Shown here piece after piece: positions 37,920-47,249 of a stretch of DNA of 64,000 bases. A program made the translations under genes and the position numbers. The stretch spans positions 14,629 through 78,628 of the forward strand of contig CAINTJ010000001.1 of NCBI GenBank assembly GCA_903853385.1, read 5' to 3'. Within the stretch, counting starts at the first letter, position 1, and the number at the start of each line of letters is the position of its first letter. Origin of the DNA: an uncultured Gammaproteobacteria bacterium. GTDB lineage: Bacteria > Pseudomonadota > Gammaproteobacteria > Pseudomonadales > Pseudohongiellaceae. The notes below the pieces were generated by a model, which did no database searches, was not told the DNA's origin, and was given only the letters and a program-made list of their open reading frames with translations.

Positions 37920-39043
37920 AAACTACGTATTGCCTGACATACGCGGTCGACCTGCGCATTACTTAGCTGCGATGCCGACGGCAACCACAAGCCATGCCGG
38001 CCCACCTCTTCCGACACCGGAAAACTGCCCGCCACCTGATAGCACAGCTGCGCATTGATCGGCGGATACATCACGCGCGTGCCTATGCCTTGCTCACGCA
38101 GAAACTGCTGCAACCCATCGCGCTGGTCAGCCAGGATGTCGATGAACCACGGCACGCAATTGACAATATCCATGTCAAACAGTTGGATGCCCTCAATGCC
38201 GGCCAGCGCTGATTGATAGCGCTGCCAGATGGCTTTTTTGCGCAGCACGCGCGCGGCCAGTTTTTCCAGCTGGGCCAGCCCGATACACGCTTGCAGTTCG
38301 GTGAACTTGAAGTTGTAGCCGATGCTGTCATGAATGTCGTTGCCGCCATCGCTGCGGCCGAAGTCTTTCAGGCGGCGTAGCTTGTCGGCGATGCGGCTAT
38401 CATTGGTGAGCAGCATGCCGCCCTGACCGGTGGTAATGATTTTGGGAGCGGAAAATGACAGACAACCAATGCTGGCCTTGGTGCCCATGTGAAAACCATC
38501 GGGATAGCGCGAGCCCAGCGCCTGCGCGGCATCTTCCACCAGCGCAATTTTGTGTTCACGACACAGATCGACAAAAGCTTCAATGCCGGCCGCCGGGTAG
38601 CGGCCATTGATGGCAACCAGAAATATGGCCTTGGTGCGGGGCGTGATGGCGGCGCGGGCCAGGTCGATGTCCATGCACAGCGTCGCTGGTTCCACATCCA
38701 CCAGCACCGGCGTGGCGCCTGCCAGCTTGATTGCGTTGGGCGTGGCAATCATCGTGAAGTTGGGCACGATCACTTCATCGCCCACGCCAAGCTCCAGTGC
38801 CAAGGCCGCCAGCGTCAGCGCCACCGTGCCGCTGTTCACTGCAATCGCATGCTCGCAATTGCAGTATTGCGCGACTGCTTTTTCAAACAGGGCGGTGTTG
38901 CGGAATTCGGTGAGCCAGCCGGGTGCGGCCATGTAGTCGGCCACGGCTTTGCGCTCTTCGTCGCCGATGCAAGGTTCCATTTGCGGGATGAAGTCCGGGG
39001 CTGGGGCGGGAGGAGAATTCATGCATGGGTCCGTGCAAGGCAA
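37910..39043 (-). CDS. DegT/DnrJ/EryC1/StrS family sugar aminotransferase (perosamine-synthase-like)
   Basis: 377 aa with the PLP-lysine region SFSAPKIITTGQGG and the VIVPNFTMIATPNAI motif. The start is ambiguous (39043, 39022 or 38980). The 3' end overlaps gmd by 10 nt. Confidence 0.88.
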   Translation of the reverse strand: MPCTDPCMNSPPAPAPDFIPQMEPCIGDEERKAVADYMAAPGWLTEFRNTALFEKAVAQYCNCEHAIAVNSGTVALTLAALALELGVGDEVIVPNFTMIATPNAIKLAGATPVLVDVEPATLCMDIDLARAAITPRTKAIFLVAINGRYPAAGIEAFVDLCREHKIALVEDAAQALGSRYPDGFHMGTKASIGCLSFSAPKIITTGQGGMLLTNDSRIADKLRRLKDFGRSDGGNDIHDSIGYNFKFTELQACIGLAQLEKLAARVLRKKAIWQRYQSALAGIEGIQLFDMDIVNCVPWFIDILADQRDGLQQFLREQGIGTRVMYPPINAQLCYQVAGSFPVSEEVGRHGLWLPSASQLSNAQVDRVCQAIRSFQS

Positions 39044-39141
39044 ACATTGAACAGCAAGGCCTTGAAGCTTACCTGTATGTGTTCATGTCGGGCAATCTAA
39101 GGCCCGGCTTGAGTACAGGTTGAATAATCCTTGATCCCGGG

Positions 39142-39177
39142 CCTATGCTTGCAGCTCTGAATCACAGCAAGCATAGG
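39142..39177 (+). promoter_or_regulatory. 5'-UTR hairpin overlapping the Shine-Dalgarno of the CE15-like gene
   Basis: A perfect 11-bp stem CCTATGCTTGC/GCAAGCATAGG with a 14-nt loop. The 3' arm includes the first 3 nt of AGGAGG (39175-39180). The ATG is at 39189. Confidence 0.4.
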
Positions 39178-39188
39178 AGGGGTCAACC

Positions 39189-40637
39189 ATGGCACAACTG
39201 AATACCTCGCTGGGCCCTGGGTCGACGCTGTTGGCTCTGCTGCTGACTGCCGCAGCGCCACTGCTCGCCCAGTCCGCTCCACCCGCAACCGCTGCCCACG
39301 AGTGGACCACCGCCGAGGACCACCAGCACATGCTGGCGCAGCTCGGCATCACCCAATTGCGGCCCGGCCCGAGTGGCAAGGCAACCGATCCGAATTTTGC
39401 CAACGTCGATGAAGCCAAGGCCAATCGCTATCCGGTGTGGCCGCAGCTGTTGACGCTGGCTACCGGCACGGCGGCCACCACTGCTGAGCAGTGGAAGCAG
39501 CAACGGCGTCCGCAAATCGTGGAAGCATTTGAGCGGGACATCATCGGACGTATTCCGGCCCGGGTGCCGGCAGTGCAATGGTCAGTCACGGCAACTGCCG
39601 ATGGCAAGTTGGGGAGTGTGGCAGTCAGCGGCAAACAGCTGGTGGGCCATGTGGACAACAGCAGCTATGCCGCCATCGACGTCAATATCGAGCTCACGCT
39701 GGTGCTGCCGAACAACGTCAAGGGGCCGGTGCCGGTGATGATTATTTTCGGAGGCCGCAAGTTGCAGCAAGGCGTGGGTAATGAAGCCGTGCCCGGCTTC
39801 GGCCCACCGGGTGCCACACCAGTGGCCAGTGATCCGCCGGCCGGCGAGCAGCTAGTGGCCGCTGGCTGGGGTGTAGCTTATCTGAATCCGGTCAGTGTGC
39901 AGGCCGACAACGGCGCCGGCTTGACCAAAGGCATCATCGGTCTGGTCAACAAGGGCCAGCCGCGCCAACCGCAAGACTGGGGTGCACTGCGGGCGTGGTC
40001 GTGGGCCGCAGCGCGGGCGCTGGATTATCTGGCAACCGACCAGGCGGTGGATGGCAAGCGCGTCGGCATTGATGGTGTCTCGCGTTACGGCAAGGCGGCG
40101 CTGGTGACGATGGCGTTCGAACCGCGCTTTGCGGTAGCGCTGATTGGTTCCTCTGGTGAAGGTGGCGCTTCGCCGTATCGCCGTGATTTCGGAGAAATGG
40201 TGGAGAACCTTACTGCTATGGGTGAGTACCACTGGATGGCCGGCAACTTCCTCAAATACGGCACCGCCGCATCCAGTTTCGGCAGCATGGATGCCAGCCA
40301 GTTGCCGATTGATTCGCACATGCTGATAGCGCTGTGTGCACCGCGCCCGACTTTCATTAGTTACGGCGTGCCGGAACAAGGCGATGCATTGTGGCTCGAT
40401 CAACAAGGCAGTTACATGGCTACGGTGGCCGCTGGCCAGGTGTTCAGGCTGCTGGGCGCGAAAGATCTTGGCACTAACGAAAATTACCAGACGGCCAGGA
40501 TGCCGGCCGTGAATCACGGTTTGCTGGAAGGCGAGCTGGCCTGGCGTCAGCATGACGGCGGCCACACGGATGGGCCCAACTGGAAATATTTCATCCCGTG
40601 GGCGGCGCGGGAACTGAAGGTAGGAGTGGGACGCTGA
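39189..40637 (+). CDS. secreted glucuronoyl esterase-like (CE15-type) alpha/beta hydrolase
   Basis: 482 aa with a signal peptide. GVSRYGKAAL matches the G-C/V-S-R-x-G-K nucleophile motif of CE15, and a C-terminal HDGGHT motif is present. Confidence 0.68.
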   Translation: MAQLNTSLGPGSTLLALLLTAAAPLLAQSAPPATAAHEWTTAEDHQHMLAQLGITQLRPGPSGKATDPNFANVDEAKANRYPVWPQLLTLATGTAATTAEQWKQQRRPQIVEAFERDIIGRIPARVPAVQWSVTATADGKLGSVAVSGKQLVGHVDNSSYAAIDVNIELTLVLPNNVKGPVPVMIIFGGRKLQQGVGNEAVPGFGPPGATPVASDPPAGEQLVAAGWGVAYLNPVSVQADNGAGLTKGIIGLVNKGQPRQPQDWGALRAWSWAAARALDYLATDQAVDGKRVGIDGVSRYGKAALVTMAFEPRFAVALIGSSGEGGASPYRRDFGEMVENLTAMGEYHWMAGNFLKYGTAASSFGSMDASQLPIDSHMLIALCAPRPTFISYGVPEQGDALWLDQQGSYMATVAAGQVFRLLGAKDLGTNENYQTARMPAVNHGLLEGELAWRQHDGGHTDGPNWKYFIPWAARELKVGVGR

Positions 40638-40743
40638 TAGCCTGCACATGGCAGGCCATCAGATCTGAAGCCAGCGCTTTCAGTGTGGATGAATCTGGAT
40701 CGGAGGACTCAACCGCAGCGATACACAACTTGCCCAGCACTGA

Positions 40744-43437
40744 TCAGTGCTGGCCGGATCCGGAAAATCTGGGCGCCGGTGCAGGGTGCGCAATGCCATC
40801 GGTGACGACAAAAGCGGTTCTCGCCACATTGGGCGGATACAGGCGGGCTTCCGTGAGACTGAGCACCGGCGCGATGCAGACATCATGACTGGCAAAGAAC
40901 TCACACCACTCGTCACGCGTGCGTGATCGGAACCAGCTTGCCAGCTGTTGCTGCTGTTGCGGCCACAGCGCCCGCTTCCATTGTTGCTCGAACCCGGCCG
41001 CAGTAAGTTGGGCGACCTGCACAAACTTCGTATAAAACTGCGGCTCGATGGCAGCGAGACTGATCCACTTGCCATCCTTGCATTGATAGACGTTGTAGAA
41101 CGGTGCGGCACCGTCGATGACATTGCTCTCGCGCTCATCCACCCAGCGGCCATCGGCAAAATCGCCATAAATCATGCTCATCATCGACAGCACGCCATCG
41201 GTCATCGCGCTGTCGATCACCTGGCCCTGTCCGGTTTTTTGTGCGTGATGCAGCGCCGCCAGCACGCCCATCGCCAGATACAGCGCACCACCGCCAAAGT
41301 CGGCGATCAGGTTGAGCGGCACTGCCGGTTTGGCCTGGGTGCCCAACGCATGCAGTGCGCCGGTGATCGCCAGATAGTTAAGGTCATGGCCGGCCTTGTG
41401 GGCGAGCGGTCCGCTCTGGCCCCAGCCGGTCATGCGGCCGTAGACGAGGCGCGGATTCAGTTGCAGTGCCGGTCCCGGACCCAGCCCCAGCCGCTCCATC
41501 ACGCCGGGGCGGAAACCTTCAATCAGTATGTCGGCCTGTTGCAGCAACGCAAGCGCCTGTGCGGTGCCGGCAGTGGTTTTCAGATCAAGCGCTACTGACT
41601 GGCGACCGCGCGCTTCTACATCGGCAGCGGTATAGACCGTGCCGGGCCGGTCGATGCGGGTGACCTGGGCGCCCAGGTCCGCCAGCAACATGCAGCAGAA
41701 CGGTGCGGGCCCCAGTCCGGCGAATTCCAGCACTTTGATGCCGGCGAGCGGGCCGGTGGCCGGCGGCGCGCAATTCGCGTCAGGGGCAAAGCGCATATGG
41801 GATTGTTTGCTGGCAGTTGCGGCGCTTTGCCACTGACGCGAATTGCCACGATCCCAGGTGTCATCAGTAATGCCTTGCGCGCGCAGCACATGTTTCTCAA
41901 TTTTCTGCGAAGGCGTCAGCGGCAGCTCGTCGACAATGCGGACATAACGCGGAATCATGAACGCCGCCATGCGCGGCTGCAGAAAAGCGATCAAGGCGGG
42001 CGGGTCGAGCACCACGCCGGTTTGCGGTGCCAGCACGGCCAGCACCTCATCTTCGCCGCCATCACCGGGTACGGCCACAGCGGCCGCGGCCTTGACGCCG
42101 GGAAAGCACAGTAACTCGGCTTCCACTTCAAATGACGAAATGTTTTCGCCACGCCGGCGCATCATGTCTTTGACACGATCAACAAAGAAATAATTTTGCT
42201 GGCTGTCATAACGAAACAGATCGCCGGTGTGAAACCAGCCGTTGCGCCAGCTGTGGGCAGTCGCCACCGCATCATTGAGATAACCATGGCTCATGGTCCA
42301 CGGCTGGTCGCTGCGTATCAGCAATTCACCCACTGCACCGGCGGCGACTTCATTGTCGAAGGCATCCACCAGTCGCAGCTCCACACCCGGGCGCGGTTGA
42401 CCGCAACTGCCGCGTGCAGCCGGATTGGGGCCGGCCCATAGTGGCACCGACAGCTCCGTCATGTTGAATTCAGTAAACACCTGGATGTTGAAGCGATCGG
42501 CAAACGCCAGCGCTTCGTCACCGTAGGGCGCGATCACTGCCGTACGGATGCTGTGCTGTTTTTCATCAGGCTGCACTGGTTGCTGCATCAGGAATTGCAC
42601 CATGGTGCCCAGCAGGCCGACCGCCGTGACTTCCAGCTGGCGCACGGTGTCCCAGAAAGTTTCGGTTCGAAAGCGTTCCACTACCGCCGCCGTACCGGCG
42701 TGAATCAGTGCGAAGTTGATACCGAGTATCCCGCCGATATGAAACATTGGCAGTGCCACCAGATTGCAGTCACCCGGGCCGACATGGCGGAATTCCTGCG
42801 CGGCGGTGACAGTGTGGCGATAGCAACACAGCACGCCTTTCGAAGGGCCGGTGGTGCCGGAGGTGAAGATCACGCACTGGGTGTCCCAGGGCTGGAGCGG
42901 GCGCGACAGCGGCTGCAGCTCGGCAGTGCCGGTGGTCAGCACTGATGCTGGTAGCAAGGCCAGCCCCGGCAATTTTGTTTGCACAGTTCCTGCTACCACC
43001 ACTTGCTGCAACTGCCCGGTATTGATGCCGGCCAGCCGTTCGAGCCAGCGGCCATCGGTGATCAGCAGGCGGGCACCACTGTTGTTGATCACATGCTGCA
43101 GCAGACGACCCTTGTAGGCAGTATTGATCGGCACAAAGATCGCGCCAGCATAGTTCAGCGCCAGCCATACCAGCACTGCCAGCGGTCCATTGGGCAGCCA
43201 GCTCAGCACAAAATCGTCCTGTTTGACGCCAAGGGCCTGCAAACCGGCGGCATGGCGCTGCACGGCCGCCAGCAGCTGGACACTGGTATAACATTCACCA
43301 GTGTCGAATTTCAGCACCACGAGCGCAGGATGCTGCTGCGCGTTATGTTCGAGTAACTCGCGCGTAACAAACAGAGTATTGCTTGTAGCCGACAAGGACA
43401 TTGGATTAGTTTTGCAGTGTTTACTTCGCAGCCGCAT
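40744..43437 (-). CDS. fusion protein: AMP-forming acyl-CoA ligase (CaiC-like) plus family III CoA-transferase/racemase (CaiB/BaiF-like)
   Basis: A single 897-codon ORF. Residues ~13-530 carry FTSGTTGPSKG and end with ...ITDDTWDR. Residues ~563-897 carry PLAGIKVLEFAGLGPAPFCCMLLADLGAQV and a GHDLNY motif. The ATG at 43437 has a GGGAG SD, and an alternative ATG lies at 43401. Confidence 0.85.
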   Translation of the reverse strand: MRLRSKHCKTNPMSLSATSNTLFVTRELLEHNAQQHPALVVLKFDTGECYTSVQLLAAVQRHAAGLQALGVKQDDFVLSWLPNGPLAVLVWLALNYAGAIFVPINTAYKGRLLQHVINNSGARLLITDGRWLERLAGINTGQLQQVVVAGTVQTKLPGLALLPASVLTTGTAELQPLSRPLQPWDTQCVIFTSGTTGPSKGVLCCYRHTVTAAQEFRHVGPGDCNLVALPMFHIGGILGINFALIHAGTAAVVERFRTETFWDTVRQLEVTAVGLLGTMVQFLMQQPVQPDEKQHSIRTAVIAPYGDEALAFADRFNIQVFTEFNMTELSVPLWAGPNPAARGSCGQPRPGVELRLVDAFDNEVAAGAVGELLIRSDQPWTMSHGYLNDAVATAHSWRNGWFHTGDLFRYDSQQNYFFVDRVKDMMRRRGENISSFEVEAELLCFPGVKAAAAVAVPGDGGEDEVLAVLAPQTGVVLDPPALIAFLQPRMAAFMIPRYVRIVDELPLTPSQKIEKHVLRAQGITDDTWDRGNSRQWQSAATASKQSHMRFAPDANCAPPATGPLAGIKVLEFAGLGPAPFCCMLLADLGAQVTRIDRPGTVYTAADVEARGRQSVALDLKTTAGTAQALALLQQADILIEGFRPGVMERLGLGPGPALQLNPRLVYGRMTGWGQSGPLAHKAGHDLNYLAITGALHALGTQAKPAVPLNLIADFGGGALYLAMGVLAALHHAQKTGQGQVIDSAMTDGVLSMMSMIYGDFADGRWVDERESNVIDGAAPFYNVYQCKDGKWISLAAIEPQFYTKFVQVAQLTAAGFEQQWKRALWPQQQQQLASWFRSRTRDEWCEFFASHDVCIAPVLSLTEARLYPPNVARTAFVVTDGIAHPAPAPRFSGSGQH

Positions 43438-43451
43438 TCTACACTCCCGCC

Positions 43452-44312
43452 ATGAAGCTCTGTCGATCCGGATTTACATTTGTACTCGCTGTTTGTCTGC
43501 TGCCATGCTGGTTGCCACAGCTGGCGTGGGCGCAGCCTGCGTTCCGCCAGTACGACAGTTTTGAATACAATGCCAACACCCAGCTGCCCTCTGACTGGCA
43601 GCAGCCTGGTGACTTTGTCACCGCCCGTCTGATGTATCCATCCAGCATGCGCATGGGCTTTGGCCGCCGCCGCGGCGGCGGTCGCGACTGGGAGCAGGGC
43701 GGCACCAGCTGGTCAGTGGATTATCCTGACGGCGATCGCATTTTTGCGCGGGGACTGCGGCGATTCACCACGCTCGACGTGCGTTCGGTGGAACAGGCAG
43801 TCAATCCGAACAATGCGGAAGAAATGGGTTATTTCCCGTTTCTGGTGGTGGGACTGGCCGGCTCCTGGCAACTCACTGACGAACAAGTTCTCAATATTCG
43901 CAACTACCTGCTCAAGGGCGGCTTCCTGTTTGCCGACAGTTTCTTCGGTTCTGAAACCTGGCCGGGTTTTGTGGACGGCCTCAGGCGCATTTTTCCGGAA
44001 TATGCGGTTGTCGATCTCGACGCCAGCCATCCGGTATTTCATACCGTATACGACATCCCCCCGTTGAATCAGACCCAGATACCCAACATGAATTCCCTGC
44101 TGCGGGGTGGCGGTGGCAGGCTCAGTGACGGCAACGACCCGCACTGGCGCGGCATAGTCGATAACAATGGGCGCTTGCTGGTGTTGATTGCGTTCAACAA
44201 CGACGTGTGGGATTCCCTGCAATGGGCCGATGATCCGCGTTATCCGGCCGACCGGGCCAATCTGGGCCTCAGGCTCAGTGTCAATATTGCGATGTATGCT
44301 TTAACGCATTGA
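43452..44312 (+). CDS. DUF4159-like secreted protein
   Basis: 286 aa with a signal peptide. The WSVDYPDGDRIFARGLRR and FLFADSFFGSETW segments resemble DUF4159, a class I glutamine-amidotransferase-like fold. Confidence 0.6.
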   Translation: MKLCRSGFTFVLAVCLLPCWLPQLAWAQPAFRQYDSFEYNANTQLPSDWQQPGDFVTARLMYPSSMRMGFGRRRGGGRDWEQGGTSWSVDYPDGDRIFARGLRRFTTLDVRSVEQAVNPNNAEEMGYFPFLVVGLAGSWQLTDEQVLNIRNYLLKGGFLFADSFFGSETWPGFVDGLRRIFPEYAVVDLDASHPVFHTVYDIPPLNQTQIPNMNSLLRGGGGRLSDGNDPHWRGIVDNNGRLLVLIAFNNDVWDSLQWADDPRYPADRANLGLRLSVNIAMYALTH

Positions 44313-44390
44313 GTGTTTGCTCTGCAAAGCCCTCTGCAGAATTCGGCGGGTGTTTATTCCGACTGAAAGAATTACACACTGATCTTGAGA

Positions 44391-44499
44391 GCCTTGCTCC
44401 GCTACAGGCTTCGGAAACTGTCTGAGGCCATGGATGGCCGAAGCAAGCCTACAGGGACGTACTTGCGGTGTGTTTCAGAAGCCTGTGGCGGAGCAAGGC
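44391..44499 (-). repeat. intergenic palindromic element, copy A (28-bp arms plus 53-nt conserved core, inverted relative to B and C)
   Basis: Arms at 44391-44418 and 44472-44499 pair at 26 of 28 positions, plus one G-T pair. The core contains CCTACAGGGACGTA and GGCCATGGATGGCC. It lies between convergent genes. Confidence 0.9.
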
Positions 44500-44516
44500 A
44501 ATGCTCACAAGGAAAA

Positions 44517-45776
44517 TTATTTATTGAACACCACTTTGCCACCTTTGATCGTGGTGACCACGTGCAGAAGCGCAGAGCTATCCTGCAACGGATTGCCATC
44601 GATGATCACCACGTCACCGGCCTTGCCGGCTTCCAGTGAACCAAACTCCTTGCCATGCTGGGTAGCGATGGCGGCATTGATGGTGATGATCTTGACGATG
44701 TCGGTGGGTGAGAACACCAGCCGCAAAGCGCGCAATTCGTCAGCCAGTGACTCCTTGGGTGCCCAGGTGGTATCGGTACCGAAGCCGTAGGTAATGCCGG
44801 CTTCCCACAACAGGCGTGCGTTGACGGGACCTTGACCGGCACTCGACAGCGTATTGAACGGGAAGGGCTGCGCATCGCGGAACAGTGGCTTGTTGTTGGC
44901 ATCGAAGTGCGGCACAAACACCGCCAGCGTGGAGGTCATCGGAATGCCGGCGCCCACGATTTTCTTGAGCGCGGCCTGATCTTCATCGAGGCGGCCGATA
45001 TGCGGCGTATGCACCAGCATGGCCGGACCGGCATCAATGGCGGCAGCAGAGTCTTTGACACTGACAGCATGCACAATGGTGGGCATGCCGACTTTCTTGC
45101 CTTCTTCCACAATCAGTTTGAGTGTGGCGATTTCCGGTCCGCCCGGTGTGGTGTTGACCACACACTTGAGGTAGTCGTAGCCGGCTTTTTTGGCGGCAGC
45201 TACCGCCGCAATGATGACTTCCCGTGGAATCGCCGGGGCGGCTTTGTTACCGCCGCCAATGCGGGCAGGATCGGTGCGGGCCGGATCACCTGGCTCTGGC
45301 GGTGGGCCGTCAGTGATGGCGCCCGCGACCGGAATGAAGGTGCCGGTGAGCAGGCGTGGGCCCTGCATGTCGCCACGCGCAATGCGGTCACGGGCTTCGA
45401 TGATGGGAGCCGCGTCGATGGCCGACAGCACCGTCGTGAAACCGGCATCAAGAAATTCCTGCATCTGTTTGGGAGCCCGCTCCGCCAGCCAGGTGCCAGG
45501 GTTGCCCTGAATCACATGACGATGGCCTTCCACCAGGCCCGGCATGATGGTTTTACCGCCGGCATCGATCACCTTGACGCCGTTGGCGGTTTGGGTGCCC
45601 GCTGTCACCGATTCGATTTTGCCGGCACGGATCAGCACCGAGCCTTTGTCGATGACGCCGCCTTTGCCGTCCAGCACACGGCCATTGGTGATCAGCAGAT
45701 CCTGGGCGAGCAGTGGTGCGCTCAGGGCCAGCAGCAACGCACTGGTGAGCAATTTGATACGGTGATGGTTCTTCAT
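44517..45776 (-). CDS. periplasmic amidohydrolase family protein
   Basis: 419 aa with a signal peptide, the GLVEGHRHV (HxH) metal motif and a TIM-barrel amidohydrolase pattern. Confidence 0.87.
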   Translation of the reverse strand: MKNHHRIKLLTSALLLALSAPLLAQDLLITNGRVLDGKGGVIDKGSVLIRAGKIESVTAGTQTANGVKVIDAGGKTIMPGLVEGHRHVIQGNPGTWLAERAPKQMQEFLDAGFTTVLSAIDAAPIIEARDRIARGDMQGPRLLTGTFIPVAGAITDGPPPEPGDPARTDPARIGGGNKAAPAIPREVIIAAVAAAKKAGYDYLKCVVNTTPGGPEIATLKLIVEEGKKVGMPTIVHAVSVKDSAAAIDAGPAMLVHTPHIGRLDEDQAALKKIVGAGIPMTSTLAVFVPHFDANNKPLFRDAQPFPFNTLSSAGQGPVNARLLWEAGITYGFGTDTTWAPKESLADELRALRLVFSPTDIVKIITINAAIATQHGKEFGSLEAGKAGDVVIIDGNPLQDSSALLHVVTTIKGGKVVFNK

Positions 45777-45824
45777 TTGGTTATCCCCTTGATGATCAGT
45801 AACTACAGTAACAAACAGGCAATA

Positions 45825-47132
45825 CTATGCTTCTACCGGGGTCAGTGGCACGCGCACCAGTGTGGCAATGGACAGCAGCACCGGCAGTGACAGCAGCAAA
45901 CACACGCTGAAACGACTGAAATCAGCGCCCAGCATAAAGCCGGCGGCGGCAGGGCCGAATATGGAACCCAGGCGGCCTGCACTCATCACTACGCCCATGC
46001 CGGTCGCGCGTACGCGCACCGGGAAGGTGGTAGAGCCGGCGGCGTACAGCATGACGGCCGAGGCCATGATGCAAGTGCCATTGATAAACGCAGCCCATTG
46101 CGCCAGCAGCAGATTGTTGGCGGCGGCACCGAACACCATCAGTGACAGCCCCATCACGGTCAGCGTTGCCGCCGACACTGGGCGCAACGGCCATTTGAAG
46201 GTCAGGATGCCTACCGCAATACCACCGGCGATGCCGCCATAACTGGTGAGGCGGGTGATGAAGATACCATCGGCATCGGCAAAGCCGGCGTTGGTGGTGA
46301 GCTGGTTGTTCCAGCCAAAGAAGAAGTATTCCGTCATCATGTAGAAGAAATAGCTCAGCGCCATCAGCGCGGTACGCGCCAGGATCGGCGGGCGGACCAG
46401 ATCCAGCAGGCTGGCGTGCTTGGCCTTCACCGGCGGCGGTGGCAGCGTGGCGAATGCGGGCAGACTCAATTTGGCCAGCACCTTGTTGACGGCAGTCAGC
46501 GCCTGCGGAGTCTGCCGTATCACCATCACATCGAGCGATTCAGGCAAGTTGAAATATATGAGTGGCAGCAACGCAGCCGAACAGGTGCCGCCAAACACGA
46601 ACACGCCGCGCCAGCTGAAATCATCCCGCAGCCACGGTGCGACATAACCGCCCAGCACCTGGCCGACGCTGTAACCCACCACCACCAGCCCCAGCCCGAG
46701 GTTGCGGCTTCTGAGGTTGCAGTATTCGTAGATCAGCGTGCCCACCGACGCCGACATGGCGCCGACTCCCAGGCCGGTAAGGAAACGCATCGCCCACAGC
46801 ATTTCCACCGAGTTGGCGGCCGACGAAAACAGCATGCCTATGCTCATCAGCGCCAGATTAATCATGATGGAGGTGCGGCGGCCCCACAGGTCGGCAATCG
46901 GTGACAACAGAAAGCCGCCGGCGGCGGTGCCGGCCAGTGTGGCGCTCAGCAACAGTCCCAGGGCTTCCGGGCCCAGGTGCCATTCGCGGGTGAGAATCGG
47001 CGAGATTACCGACAGTGCGAGAATGTCGTAGCCATCGAGCAGGTTGATGGTTACTCCCAGTGCGATGATCAGCATTTGGTAGGGGCGTAGCCGGCTTTGT
47101 TCAATGTGGTCGTGCACCTGTTGCAAGGTCAT
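45825..47132 (-). CDS. MFS transporter (aromatic acid:H+ symporter-like)
   Basis: 435 aa with 12 TM segments and the DLWGRR loop motif. Confidence 0.88.
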   Translation of the reverse strand: MTLQQVHDHIEQSRLRPYQMLIIALGVTINLLDGYDILALSVISPILTREWHLGPEALGLLLSATLAGTAAGGFLLSPIADLWGRRTSIMINLALMSIGMLFSSAANSVEMLWAMRFLTGLGVGAMSASVGTLIYEYCNLRSRNLGLGLVVVGYSVGQVLGGYVAPWLRDDFSWRGVFVFGGTCSAALLPLIYFNLPESLDVMVIRQTPQALTAVNKVLAKLSLPAFATLPPPPVKAKHASLLDLVRPPILARTALMALSYFFYMMTEYFFFGWNNQLTTNAGFADADGIFITRLTSYGGIAGGIAVGILTFKWPLRPVSAATLTVMGLSLMVFGAAANNLLLAQWAAFINGTCIMASAVMLYAAGSTTFPVRVRATGMGVVMSAGRLGSIFGPAAAGFMLGADFSRFSVCLLLSLPVLLSIATLVRVPLTPVEA

Positions 47133-47249
47133 GCGATCCCCTCAAAGCATATTGTTGTTATGGTTCGTGCCAGTGTAAGCCCGCAAGGCTTTATTTGGAA
47201 ACTTGGCAATGCTATAAGAACGACAAGCCAGCATAACAAGAACAAACCC

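Noticed and set aside
44434-44790. 118-aa ORF starting MAEASLQGRTCGVF...
   Set aside because: Its N-terminus is generated by palindromic repeat copy A, and the rest is antisense to the well-supported amidohydrolase gene. The same MAEASLQGR start recurs wherever the repeat occurs.
44832-45890. 352-aa ORF on the + strand
   Set aside because: It is the antisense shadow of the amidohydrolase gene and spans the intergenic gap into the MFS gene. It has no motif.
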